The notes under the pieces are model-generated. The model saw nothing but the letters and a program-made list of their open reading frames with translations. It did no database searches and was not told the DNA's origin. A DNA stretch of 62,121 bases, counting the filler, from Sphacelaria rigidula (Eukaryota), in assembly GCA_964200075.2 (NCBI GenBank). It is 10 parts of 10 records of this genome, joined end to end, with 100 filler letters (N's around TTAATTAATTAA, not from the genome) between each part and the next. Parts side by side here need not be neighbours in the genome. Positions count along the whole stretch, not along the records: positions 12,447 to 18,569 come from CAXNAA020022090.1; positions 18,670 to 24,792 come from CAXNAA020022091.1; 8 more parts are not named here. One strand, 5' to 3'. Of this stretch, positions 12,347-23,980 are shown in pieces. Every line of letters begins with the position of its first letter. Position 1 is the stretch's first letter. The position numbers and the translations under genes were made by a program.

Positions 12347-13369
12347 NNNNNNNNNNNNNNNNNNNNNNNNNNNNNNNNNNNNNNNNNNNNTTAATTAATT
12401 AANNNNNNNNNNNNNNNNNNNNNNNNNNNNNNNNNNNNNNNNNNNNCGCGCATTACAGCTGGGAGAAAATTACGCGTGGTTCGTTGCCCATCGGAAGTGA
12501 AGATTCAATCTGTACAGCTTGTTGGTCCCGCATTAGCCCGAAGGTGGGAAAAAGTGTACGGGCGCTCACCTCGAACGACTTGGTCAAGCAAGTTGTACAT
12601 GAAGTTCCCGACTCATGATGGTACGAGGTGCGTGGTTTGTACGATCGATGCATTCAAATTTGTATTGCAGGGTTGACTATGTGCCCATTACTTACCCCGG
12701 TATTCATGGAAGGTAGGAAGCGGGTACCTTTGGGTTTTGCTGGACGACACACGAGCTGAGAAGCTGTATTTCAAATGATATCAAATAGTATGATTTATTC
12801 GTTGAAATGATGAATATGAGGTGAATTATAAGGAAGGCGTATCGCTAGAGTAGTCAGAGACCTACGGGGGGAGACTGCCGTCCTGATGCCGAAGGAGTTC
12901 CGAGGCTGGCGATGATTTCCTCTTGTATATGTAAGCATGAAGTGGGGTCAGACGAGAAGTGGTCGCCATGGGCGAGCAGGGCCTCGGGGGATGTTGGACC
13001 GCCCTAATATTAGGCTCTTCCTGGCATCACCCCGAGTCGTCTAGTTACGTCGGCATTACAGGGTCTTCGGTGATCTGATCCTTCCGGAACGTTCCTACCT
13101 TGTCCCTGCTAGCGCTGGGTCTGCATACATGTGTGGCATCCGTCTCTGATATGTCACTGCAAAGAGGTATCTTCCCTACAGAATCACGAGTTTAGTCGTC
13201 CTAACCGTGGGTATTTTGAAGCACAAAAACCCGCACGGTGGCCTCGCTACTCCCCCGCTGTGTATCTGCGCTCCTGATCCCTGTTTCCTTTGTCGACCCT
13301 TTCTCTTGTGCCATCTGTCGCCCAGGTGAGGCCCAAGTTTTTGGAAATCGGGGAAAAAGTCGCGGCGGG

Positions 13370-14545
13370 ACAGGGCTTCACCGCCGACGCCTACTTTATC
13401 GGAAAGGTAGTGTTGACGGAACTTTGTTGGAGGAAGGCGTGTTATTAAAAAAAAATTGTTGATGAATTTTCCAAACGTGTTTCGGATAGGAGCTATGAAA
13501 TGACCTCGGAGATGTCCCTTTACTTACTGGGCATAATTTCCACTTGAAAAAAGGACTAAATCTCAGGGTGTTCGCGTCCTGGTAGACCTGAACGGTATGT
13601 GGTCGGGATACTGCCAAATTTTGGCTTCACCGTGTCCGCCAAAGTCGTTACCGCCATGAAAATGAAAACCAAAAAACAATTCACCGCCAAAAATTCACTC
13701 AACGCGCATCACCACCTGAGATGCAGCAAAATCGTGTGATATGGCGCTACCGCTGAGAATGTATTACCATACGGCAATACCGCTGAAAAAGTACCGCCAT
13801 GTCGCATTGTGGTTCAAAGGATACCGCCAAGTACAGTTGAATATCAGACACAAACGTCATTCCGGAGACTACCTCTGCACACGTACACTGTTCGGGTGGT
13901 GCTGTAGCCGGGACATTGGCCATCAGGTGTAAGAACCGAAGTTTCATCCCGAGTAATATCCATTGTACTGTTCTTCTCTTTTCCCTCTCATCTGGTTTCC
14001 TACTCTTTTGTTCCGTTTGTCTCGCAAGCTCTTTTTATTTTCATTTGTTTTTTCGGCGGTGGACCCGTACACGATTACCAAGCCATGTACAGGGATTTGC
14101 AAAACGCACCTGCCCTTGTCGTCTTCCAGTCTATCTTCAGCATTTATTTTGTCTCACGCTTTGCCATTTTATATCTTGATATACCGTATGGTGTACTGAA
14201 CGAAATCTTGAGTACTATTACGTACTTTGTGGACAGCGTTTTCGCGAAGGCTTCAATTGACTGTGAAACATGGTGACCGCGGTGGTATATTTCGTTTTTT
14301 CCCCGCGTTCGGGCCCTAAAACACTGTACCAAACACCAGAAGGCTGTACTTTGTTTCCGAAGTTTACCATCGGAATAAGGGATGCCGTTTGATTATCACC
14401 GGCGACGTGCATGCTCGTGCACCGCCAAGAAGAGACCATCAAATTTTGAGATACCGCATTTGTTACCACCGATCAATTGAAAATCGTTTACCGCCGAAAC
14501 ATTGCCGCATGCTTGGGTTTACCGTTTGCGTTACCGTTAAAAAAA
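13370..14545. repeat. Non-coding region rich in spaced (T/C)ACCG motifs, probably repeat-derived
   Basis: Dense same-strand taccgc/caccgc/taccgt motifs at about 13628-13830 and 14250-14540. No credible ORF. Confidence 0.45.
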
Positions 14546-16989
14546 AGAAGTCGTCGTCTGATCTTTGAGTCCGCGGAGCAAGCAGCAGCAGGCCACGATT
14601 TCTCAGCCGGTTTTCATGTGGATATTGACAAAATGGGGGTATGGATGGGAGTTGTTCAGGGGTGTCCTCTGCACAGTTCACAGGAGGGTCACCACTGAGC
14701 AAAAGGAAGATGTACGTGAACAAAATAAGATACTGTGCATTTTTTGTGCTGAGAACGAGTGTGCCCGGTGGGTTTGTTGACAAAATGGGGTCCTACAAAA
14801 CGTTACTTTTTCCACGCCCTAGCTGACCCTGTTCTCATTTGTCAAAACTAAAATGAGCTATAATAGGCATGGTGCCCAAACACCTTGAGCGTGGGATTGA
14901 GGGCGCTGGAAGGTGTTCTAGAGGTGCCCAGCCGGCGTGCAGCGCTGCTCCCCGCACTAAACAAGTGCACCACCCTCGTTTCGTTCCTGATTCCTGGGGT
15001 ATTCCCCCTTTTAGTCGATCTCTCTTGTATTTCCCGCCTGGAAAAGCCAGCTCGAGGAGCAAGGATGTGTTTGCATGCTGGCGCTTCAAGACCGCTCTTT
15101 TATTCGACAGCAAAGGTCTTGTTTTTTTCGGGTTTTATTTTCGTCATGTTTCGTGTTTATTATTATTACTAGTGCACTCACATATTTTTTATTTCTTCTT
15201 GTCTTTCTTTGTCATTTCCTGGGTCAGCTGTTCTCATTTTTTTTTTTTTCCCGCTACCTTTTTTGCCCTCGTCGCTGTTGTTGGTCGTTGTCGTTATTGT
15301 TTCGTATCTTGTGGTATATGTGCGTGGACGTAAAAACAAAATAAACACAGGTGCTATGGAGCAAGGGCGTGGACATATTGTTAGCGCTTCTGGAGCACGC
15401 GCAACAGGACGCAGACGGCACGTTCCCTGTCGATATGTACGGCAGCGGCCCCGACCTTGAGGAGGTGACGCATTCAGTCCGGCAGCCCTAGCTGCATGCG
15501 AAATAAACCACACGTTTTTGCACGAGGAGCTATCATAGCGTATATGCAGTCAATGAATGTGTCTGTGGTTTGTTTCGGTTTACTTTTCGTCGTTGATGTA
15601 GATTTATTTCACCGCTTTCGTTGGCATGAATTTATTGTGGTCACTTACTCACCCGGATGATTTTTCACTCCCCGCCCTTGTTCCCCACCCCGTCGCTCAA
15701 CCTTTCTCGGCAGGAGTCGGTGGTCTGTAAAAATCAATCAAGTCGCTCGTATCCCCCTCAGTATTATACCTGGGCCTACCGTGCAACGTAGTATTGAGTA
15801 TTTGCAAGGTCTCCCGTAACCCGTTCACTCTGGTCGGGATTTTCTCTGTTTTTTGTCCGTCTGTCTATCCCTGCCTCTCTCTCATGCGCACACTTGTGAC
15901 GAGACAGAACAGAATGAAACAGAACAGAACGGATGTCCTGGGGCAATCGCTCATATTGATAGTGCTTCGTTCTACAAACGTGCGTTTGAGCAACAAGGGA
16001 GGTCCACCCTGTCTCTGTGTTGAATGTATTCGATGCGAAGATATTTTCTGGCTGCTCGTTGTTTTCGGTTTCGCCAGAAATGTTCCGCCGCTTGTGATGT
16101 GTGTTGTTCACTTAGGGCGACGGGGATGAGATTGCCTACTGTCCTGGGAAAATGAGCAAAAAGGGTGTCTTCTACTCAAAACACGAAGATACCGAAGATC
16201 TTGTTCATCCCGTCATGATGCACGCCGCAAAATCACTCGAAGTACTTGTGATTTGTGTGGGGTTTCCACTTCACGCTTTCCCATTTTTCTCGTCCCAGAC
16301 TACGAAGCACGACGTGGCTCGGCTGGTCACCGGCGTGTACTTCTGTACGCTACAACGTCTAACAGTCATTTGCGAAATAAATTATGGTGATTTTGAGAAA
16401 ATTGCAAAAAGAAAAAAAACTCGCTTAATTCGTTTTAAAAATCCGGATCCTACTGAACGCCATTAAAAAGTGAAGAGGGTGACGTACGGTAGACATTTAT
16501 TCTGTTTGTTTAGGCCGAAGCGGTGGCGCTGAGGGCGAAAATGTATCTTGATCAATCGGTGGGCTGGCTGGGTGAACGCGTGAAGCAACGCATATTACTC
16601 GACCATGATAACAAGCTAAGACGCAAAAGTTTTAGTATGCTTATGCTTCGGGTGTTTTTTTCATGTTTTGCTCGTACATGTAACAACGGAGGTTTAAGAG
16701 TAAGTAGATCACGCCGGACAGCTCATGAGTTATAATACCTGAATAACTAATCGAAGAGAACCCTTACATCCATTGTACACCAACACAAAACATGGGTGAC
16801 AGCAGTGTCCGAGAAGTCAAAGTGTTAACCTTTCCGCTATACGGCGCGCCCCGGCGTCCATCAGTGTCGGGAGCTAATACGGAAATAGTGGTAAATAATT
16901 AGCTAGCTCATCATCCGGATCAGTACTCTCATAAGAAGTAATATCCAGGTAGCTCATGAGCTGTACGGCGTGTAAAGAGTAGTACAATA

Positions 16990-18503
16990 CAGGCTGGTTC
17001 ACGGAAAAAATCCCAAATTCTGTTATCAGCAAACGCCTTCTGCAATACGTACCCAATAGTCGCATACATGGTATCATACTGACCGCAATAAACAGACGAA
17101 GAGGGTGACATAGCCGGATTTGTTGTTAAGGCTATAGCAGTGGCGCTGTGGACAAAAACGTGTCTCGACCAATCAGCGCCTTTCAAATTGTTCCGAAATT
17201 AAAAATACGAATTCCAAGCCCAATTTCCACCGAATCTCCACATGCTTCAGATCTTCGTGACCGTCATCACCTCAAGAATCTAACGCGAGAAACGGATTTG
17301 AAAATGGTTCCAACGGGGTCGAACTATACCCGAAACCGTAATGTTTCGGTGATATGGAGTTTGGCGTCGTCTAATTTCGACTCATGATACGTAGGAAAGA
17401 CGCAGGGAGCCTCGTGACGATTTCCCTTATATCTGTGTTAGAAAAGCTCAGATCATCCTAAAACTTGTCAGTTCCGTAGGTATTGACGCCCCAGATGGAA
17501 AATTGTGTTCTTGGGAAGGCTTCAAATTCCTCCGTTCTCTACCGGCTTCCGGGGGTCCCAGTACAAAGACCCCCGAAAGGCGGTACAGAAGGACTCAAAA
17601 GGAAAAATAATAATATGATGCGTCCCAGGATGGTCCAAGGAACACATGTACAATTTTTGGTAGAGAAACTCGAAAATCTCATTCAATTTTTACTGCCTTG
17701 ACGTAAAATTCACCCTGAAAGATGTTTTCATACTCACACCAAGTAGTTAGGAGTTTGCACGTTTTAAGTTAACATCCTCGCACAAACGCTCAAATCTTCA
17801 CGCATTTATTAGAGTTGGACCGTGAAACTTTGCACAAATGTGCTATGAATCATTACGCAAGTTTCGATCAACGAGGGTTTTCTAATTCTTGAGTTTTTTA
17901 CCGTTTTTCGGGGATCCGATGGGATCCAAGTCGTTTTGTCGAAGTCGTCCATTCTGGGATCCCCGGAAAACCGGCACTACGGTCTTTTTTTCATTTTTTT
18001 TTCGCGAACGCTCTGCCGCCGCAAAACCCAAGGAAAAACCCCACAAAGTTTCGTGGCCAAACTCAATCAATTGGTGCTTGAATTTTCATGTTCACGTCGA
18101 AAAAGGCCCGAAAACGCCATTTTCATACTAAAATATTGTAGTTTGCCGTTTCACCGTGGCACGGCAAGGTTCATCGCATAAACGCGAAAACGTTCACGCT
18201 GTCTTAGGGAGTTAGACCCTGAAATTTTGCACACGTGTGCTATGGGTCATTACACAACTTTGTGGGGACGACCCTTTTTTTTTTTTTCACCGTTTTACGA
18301 GGGTCCGACTGGATCGAATTTTTCCCGAGAAAATGGGACCCCGGAAAAACGGTGAAAAAAGTCAAAAGGTAAAAACAAAAGTTGTCCACACAAAGTTGCG
18401 TAATGACCCCTAGAACACCTACGCAAAATTTCAGGGTCTAACTCCTCAAAACGGCGTGAAGGTTTGCCGATGAGTGTTTTTTTTTTTTCCGTGAACCAGC
18501 CTG
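16990..18503. mobile_element. Complete non-autonomous DNA transposon (1514 bp), TA-flanked, Tc1/mariner-like ends
   Basis: TA|CAGGCTGGTTCACGGAAAAAA at 16988-17010 and TTTTTTCCGTGAACCAGCCTG|TA at 18483-18505 form a perfect 21-bp TIR with a TA duplication. No coding capacity. Internal hairpin at about 18192-18460. Confidence 0.88.
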
Positions 18504-19973
18504 TATTACGCGCCTATTTTATGGAGTAAATAAGGCCCCGTATTTCGGGTGTGTGTGGGTGTGTTTGTGNNNNNNNNNNNNNNNNNNNNNNNNNNNNNNN
18601 NNNNNNNNNNNNNTTAATTAATTAANNNNNNNNNNNNNNNNNNNNNNNNNNNNNNNNNNNNNNNNNNNNGGAAAATTACGGTTTCAGTCAGCGCTGTAAG
18701 CTCACAGAGTCGGCGAATTGCGCTGAAAAAGTATCTGCGCGATCGAGGGGCATTAGTAGGCCGCCAAAAACGTCTTTGGGCCCAATCGCTGAAAGTGTGG
18801 GGAAAGCACTGTTTAAGACTTGAACCTCATCTCGGAGTTAAACCTCAATTCGCACAATTTGTTGTTACGTCATACAAATTGGGATTTCGATAAACGAAAT
18901 GTTGGGGCCTAAGGTGGAACACCACTTTCGGGCAATTTCGGCGATCCGATCGGATCACCTAAATTTCTCACAAGTGTTTCTTCATCCAGGACCCCAACAT
19001 TTCGGTTGTCGAAATCCAAATTTGTATGGTGTTTGTCAAGAATCTCATGTTGCATGATATATGTGAGTCCATGTTCAGTAGCATCAAGCTGAAATACGGA
19101 GGTATGTTCACTGAGTAACAGGCGGGACACTATGCGGGACAATAGGAAACTATTGGAGTTCTTGTGCAGCCTTCGAGAATGCTGTGGTGTGAAGGTTGTT
19201 CTGGAAAGATATAATTGACTTGTAGTAGCAGGTCAGTCAAGAACTCGCCAGATGAATAGATTTGGCGGAGCATGCGACAGTGAGAGTTCTCGAGAAAGAT
19301 TCCTAAATATGGGAATACCGGTTGATTGTCAGAGAAGGTAGCAAAGTAGCGTAGCGATCTGCGTTGTGACCATCCCACATGGTCGCACTCTTCATCACTT
19401 CTCTTCACTTCACTTCACTTCACTTCTTCAGGTTCTTCCCGTGTGGGACGTTTTGTCTGTTTGTTTGGGATCTGCTACATGTACAAGTAATAATAAATGA
19501 ACATTCATATTCAGACACCTGCGGCGTTCACTCCTGAGACGAGGTCAGCATAAAGCTGCCAGCGCCAACCTCTACAGTCGCCTGCCAAGAGGAGTACAAC
19601 GGTCCCCACGACTATCATATTCCTCGACATGTGATACTTGTCAATAGCTACCAGTTGGTAAAGGAATGGAACCATATTTCAAAGATTTGGTATAGATACG
19701 ATGAGTTTAATTCTCCGGGTTTCTCATCCTCAATGAAAAGCTCCATCCTAAATTTGGATGATCAGCTGTTACTTGGTGGGAGAGACCTATTACCACAGCC
19801 TCGATACGTTGCAAACGTTGGCCCCATATCCTCCATAGCGTCTACGAAGATGCTCCTGCAAAAGCAAGGGCGGTATAGAATAGGTGAGGGGAAATGGGTC
19901 GCCTTAACATGCAAAACATGTCGCGCGCCGCGGCAGCTAACGTTATTGTCACCAACCCCACTATTCACGGCAG

Positions 19974-22900
19974 GTTCAGGTGATGAAGAGCCGCTGCATC
20001 TGGTGCACATTTTGGCTCGCAATACAGCGGATGTTATGTACTCAGGAATCCAGGAAATAGCCCCATCGTGGAACGAGGGTCTACCAGATGACGCGCTCTT
20101 GGTTGATCAGTGAGTATCAATAATACTAGTGAATAAGCAGATGAACAAGAGACACCATACAACAAAGTTGCTGGTGTATCGAAGTATAATTTGGACCGAT
20201 TTGTTCAGCGTAATCAACTTTTCATTTATCGTGCACACATTCCTGTAGACGTTCGCGCCCGCACTCTATCGCGCATACCCTCGTAGGATTCAAAAGGTCT
20301 ACACGGAGAAGCTGCACCGTCGACGACCCGTGGTGATTTTCGTCGCACGTAGAGACGTATGTTCCCTTGCGGACGCGTTGTCGACACCGATCCAAGGGGT
20401 GACGAGCAGTGCGAAAACGCGTGTCAGTGCCAAGGTCCACGTCAACCATGACCCGGTTGGAGAAACGCAGACGGGAGCAACGTATGGAGAGGATCGCCTG
20501 TCTGCGATTCCCGTGGCGCTCATGACTCTGGGATGGGATAGCACAGGATCGCCGCTGTATTTATCCGAGTACGGTGATTGTTCCACCGCCCTATTGGAGC
20601 TCCCACAAGTTGTACAATGGTTCATTTCGCATGAGAAGGGCAACCATGCCCGCCCACCTAAGGTGAGCCGCAAGTTAAGCTTCTTGTCTGACCTTCCTCA
20701 AATTGTGAACGGGGGAAGTGGGTAAGCAGTTAGCGGCACGTACACGGGACTTGTACACCGGATTGACACTGCGACGGCTGATATGTCGGCAAAAAATGTA
20801 ATCTCCACGGGGACGTGGAGGCTGAGGTTCAATGACAACATCATGATCGCGAGACCGAGATCGACGCCGTGGTGCCTCATTTTCTATTTGCCTTTCTTTC
20901 CCCTACACATGGCTAATGAAAAATCAACTGATTGGTGCGTCACTTTGAAAGTCCGACTCGACGCACCGCCGACCTGGGTCCCCGTCTGTGAGGAGAAGTC
21001 CACAGCGGTCGCCGACAGTAACATGGCCACCGAAAAACCTTCACCGGCATTCGATGCTCCGCGTGTTCAGGTTGAATACGTAAGTATCGGATTTGGTGGT
21101 GTGGAAACAGCCCGGGGGCTAGAGCAGTCAGTGTATATCGACGCTACGACAGCCAAGCTACGCACGCTGGAATACTGCCACGACAGCGAGGCCGGCTCGT
21201 GAGTGAACCATCCGTAGTCGGAAGGAGACAATGAATATGAAATCGGTTTGAACATGCGATCGGCTTTAGGGTTAGGGTTGGGGTGAGGGTTAGGGTTGGG
21301 GTGAGGGTTAGGGTTATACCTGTAGTCGGGGTTTCCTCTACACTTTTTTCGCCTTTGATGCCGTATACTTCGTCTTGCGTATGACCAAAATGAACGGAAT
21401 GTGGTTAGGAGGAAAATGTGCACACTCGTCCCCTTGCCATTTCCGCGGCAGTGATGCCGCTGGATGTGGTTCGTTGCATAATTTTGTGCACGACTCACGG
21501 GCAACGTATCTAAGTATGGGATCGCGTTATCGCTAATCCCGAGTGTTTCTCAACAAGGACATGAGTCCCTGACTGTGGCTTATTCGACGTTGGTCATCGT
21601 GGGTCTTGGCAATGATGATACAGGATGGATCTCCTGTTCATGTGCAACAACGCGTCTCCAAACACTCCTCGATCAGCGATCAACGAGGCGTTGAATACCC
21701 CGGGACATGAAGGTTTGTTGTGCGATACATTTCCTTGCCACGCAGAGCGAAAGTACTGAGTTGAAACCACGGAGTCTCTGGAGTTCTATTTCAGCATATG
21801 CGAATCGTTGGTATTGCTGATTTTAACCCCATCTCTCCATCTCGAAGGCCATTTCGCCATCAGTCTGCTGTTGTACTACCCTACCTCTACAGAAACATTA
21901 GCATATGATACACGCAATGCCGTAGGAAAAGATGAACGCTACGAAAACGCCAGGTCTAAAACATAGACGGGTCTAGGGCAAACACAGTTTTCGTGTTGTA
22001 GTGCACCACGTGATCTTGATGGGGGCAAGCATCCAGTTCCCTATTACCATAGTATATTTCGACTGAAAGACTCACGCGTTTAGTTGGCTGTTATAAAACA
22101 GTCCCCACAGCTTCTCGTGCTCGTCCCGAGCCCCTCCCTCGTCTATGTGTCTCCTCCAGCCGCGAAGGTCGTGCCAATGAATCGCTACCCCATGGAGCCA
22201 GAAGAACTTGTGCGGGCCACCACCGAAGGGTTTTTCGCCGTCAGCCCAGCAGGCACACGTAAGTCGTCATCTCTACGTGCTCCGTGCACGCGATGTTATT
22301 GGCTCTCCGAACATGTCAACCGTTTTATACGCAGTCTCAGCGTTGCACACCCCTAACCGCACCTGTTTGTTGGGAGTCGCACGGCGAGTTCCTCAACGCA
22401 GCAGAATGGCTCAGATCCCACGAAATACCGCACCTCTGCGACGCGTGGAACAAGTGACCGCACACGAAACGTTCACAAAACTTTGTTTCACTACTAGTTT
22501 ACCTTTGATCCAATATACTGGGTTCGCTTCATCGTGTCACACCAAAAACTGCTCTGCAGGCCCGGACGGCTTCCGACACTACGAGTACCTTCTTGCAGGG
22601 AATATCGTGTACATGACAGACCATCCAAGCTTGCGAATCGTGAGTGGGCGTTGCAATTGGACGCTGGCAAGGCATGACTAGGGCTTGTGTAAAAAGCAAC
22701 ACTCGGGTATTTATTTACTTACACTTGAAAGGACGCCTGCCTCGTTTTCGTTTCGGGTATGGAATACTGTATACTGTATACTCAACCTGTGTGTGTCGAG
22801 TAGCTCGATGGCACTTGTAATGGAGTACGAGTGAGAGTAGAAGAGTCGCCGAGATGTGGAAGCGTTTCGCCACGAGAAAAGCTAAGCCATGGACATCCGA

Positions 22901-23363
22901 ACTAGAATGTTCCAATGTTCTCAGACCCAAACAAACAGAGCATTCGCGTAAGAACCTTCAATCATGTGCCCATGTATCACTATAGTTTCGATGCGTTACT
23001 TGTACCGAATCCCTTCTTTTCCGCGCGCTCTTATCCTGTACGAGGCAGATATTCGCAGATTTACCTGTCGTGTTCGTGGAAGGTGAACCCGAAAGCTGGG
23101 CTGAAATAACGTGTGACGTGATGGAGGAGCACGCCATAATGGTGGCCCGTCGCGTAGAAGAAGCCCTGGAACCTGGCAGCGCTGGTCCAGCCTTCCGATA
23201 CGACAAGCTCACCCTGCGCTACTGGGAAGAGTTCGTGAGGAATCGAGTGTGGGCGGCAGGGGCCGCGTACGCTGGGAGCAGCCAAGGGATGAAGACTGGT
23301 CAGGATCGACCACCCGAAAGGAACGACGTAATGGTGGTGGGCCATGTTCGATTAAACCTTTGA
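19974..23363 (+). CDS. Exostosin/GT47-like glycosyltransferase, 5'-partial. Exons 19974-20109, 20287-20662, 21071-21198, 21624-21712, 22160-22258, 22560-22639, 23049-23363
   Basis: Seven exons with GT-AG boundaries and matching phases give about 407 codons ending at TGA 23361-23363: ...PVVIFVARRDV...VALMTLGWDS...LLELPQVVQWFISHEKGNHARPPK|VEYVSIGFG...|DLLFMCNN...|...FFAVSPAGTR|PDGFRHYEYLLAGNIVY...|IFADLPVVFV...SWAEIT...YDKLTLRYWEEFV. This resembles the exostosin pattern SPxGxxxDxxRxxExLxxGxI...LPV...W. A possible small upstream exon near 19515-19543 is unverified. Confidence 0.82.
21266..21316 (+). repeat. Interstitial telomere-like hexamer tract in an intron
   Basis: ttaggg ttaggg ttgggg tgaggg ttaggg ttgggg tgaggg ttaggg tta. 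Confidence 0.85.
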
Positions 23364-23774
23364 TCAGGCTGGTGCAGGGGGTTGTGGACAGGAGAAAGCG
23401 AGGGACGAGAATAACGAAAACACTATAGGTTGCACTTGCTTATTTAGGCCGAGGATTTCCGTGATTTGAAATCAAGACACCATAGCCTCGAAGGTTGAAA
23501 TTCGATCCGGGGTGGGGTTGGGGGGCAATCTTTCAGGGCGAATCAGTCATTTGGAGTTCTGTAGGGCGTCTATGGGAGACCTCTGTGGACAGTCCACCGG
23601 GTACTCTGGAAAATGCCTGTGGTATCTCTGTGGGGGTGCCGTAGAACAGCCGATCCTAAATTTTGGGTTGAACGCGAAAATGTGGTTCAAGCGATATACC
23701 TCTTCGATTTTCCTCATTCTCGACCGTCTCTGGAGGGGAGGGGGGGGGCTGCGTAACGTTTTCCAGTCTGCAAG

Positions 23775-23980
23775 GTCTTTTGAAGCAATGCTACGGTAGG
23801 GGTGCACTTTTTGCGCGAAATCTTGTCTGGCTCAGGGGCTCCAAACGATTCCAGATTGCACAAGAAAATATGGGTCAGGGCACCCCGTTTGCGACTTCAT
23901 CCAGGATATCTCTAGCACATTGAAATAGTAACCCTGACGTTCACATATTTGGTAAGTGGTGTTTTCAATGGGATACAGGG
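23775..23980 (-). mobile_element. Decayed dispersed repeat, probably a retroelement 3' coding remnant
   Basis: Homologous to 61822-62022 (atgctacggta.gggtgcac...atatgggtcagggca.cccgtttgc...ctagcac.ttg.aatagtaa). The class assignment is tentative. Confidence 0.55.
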
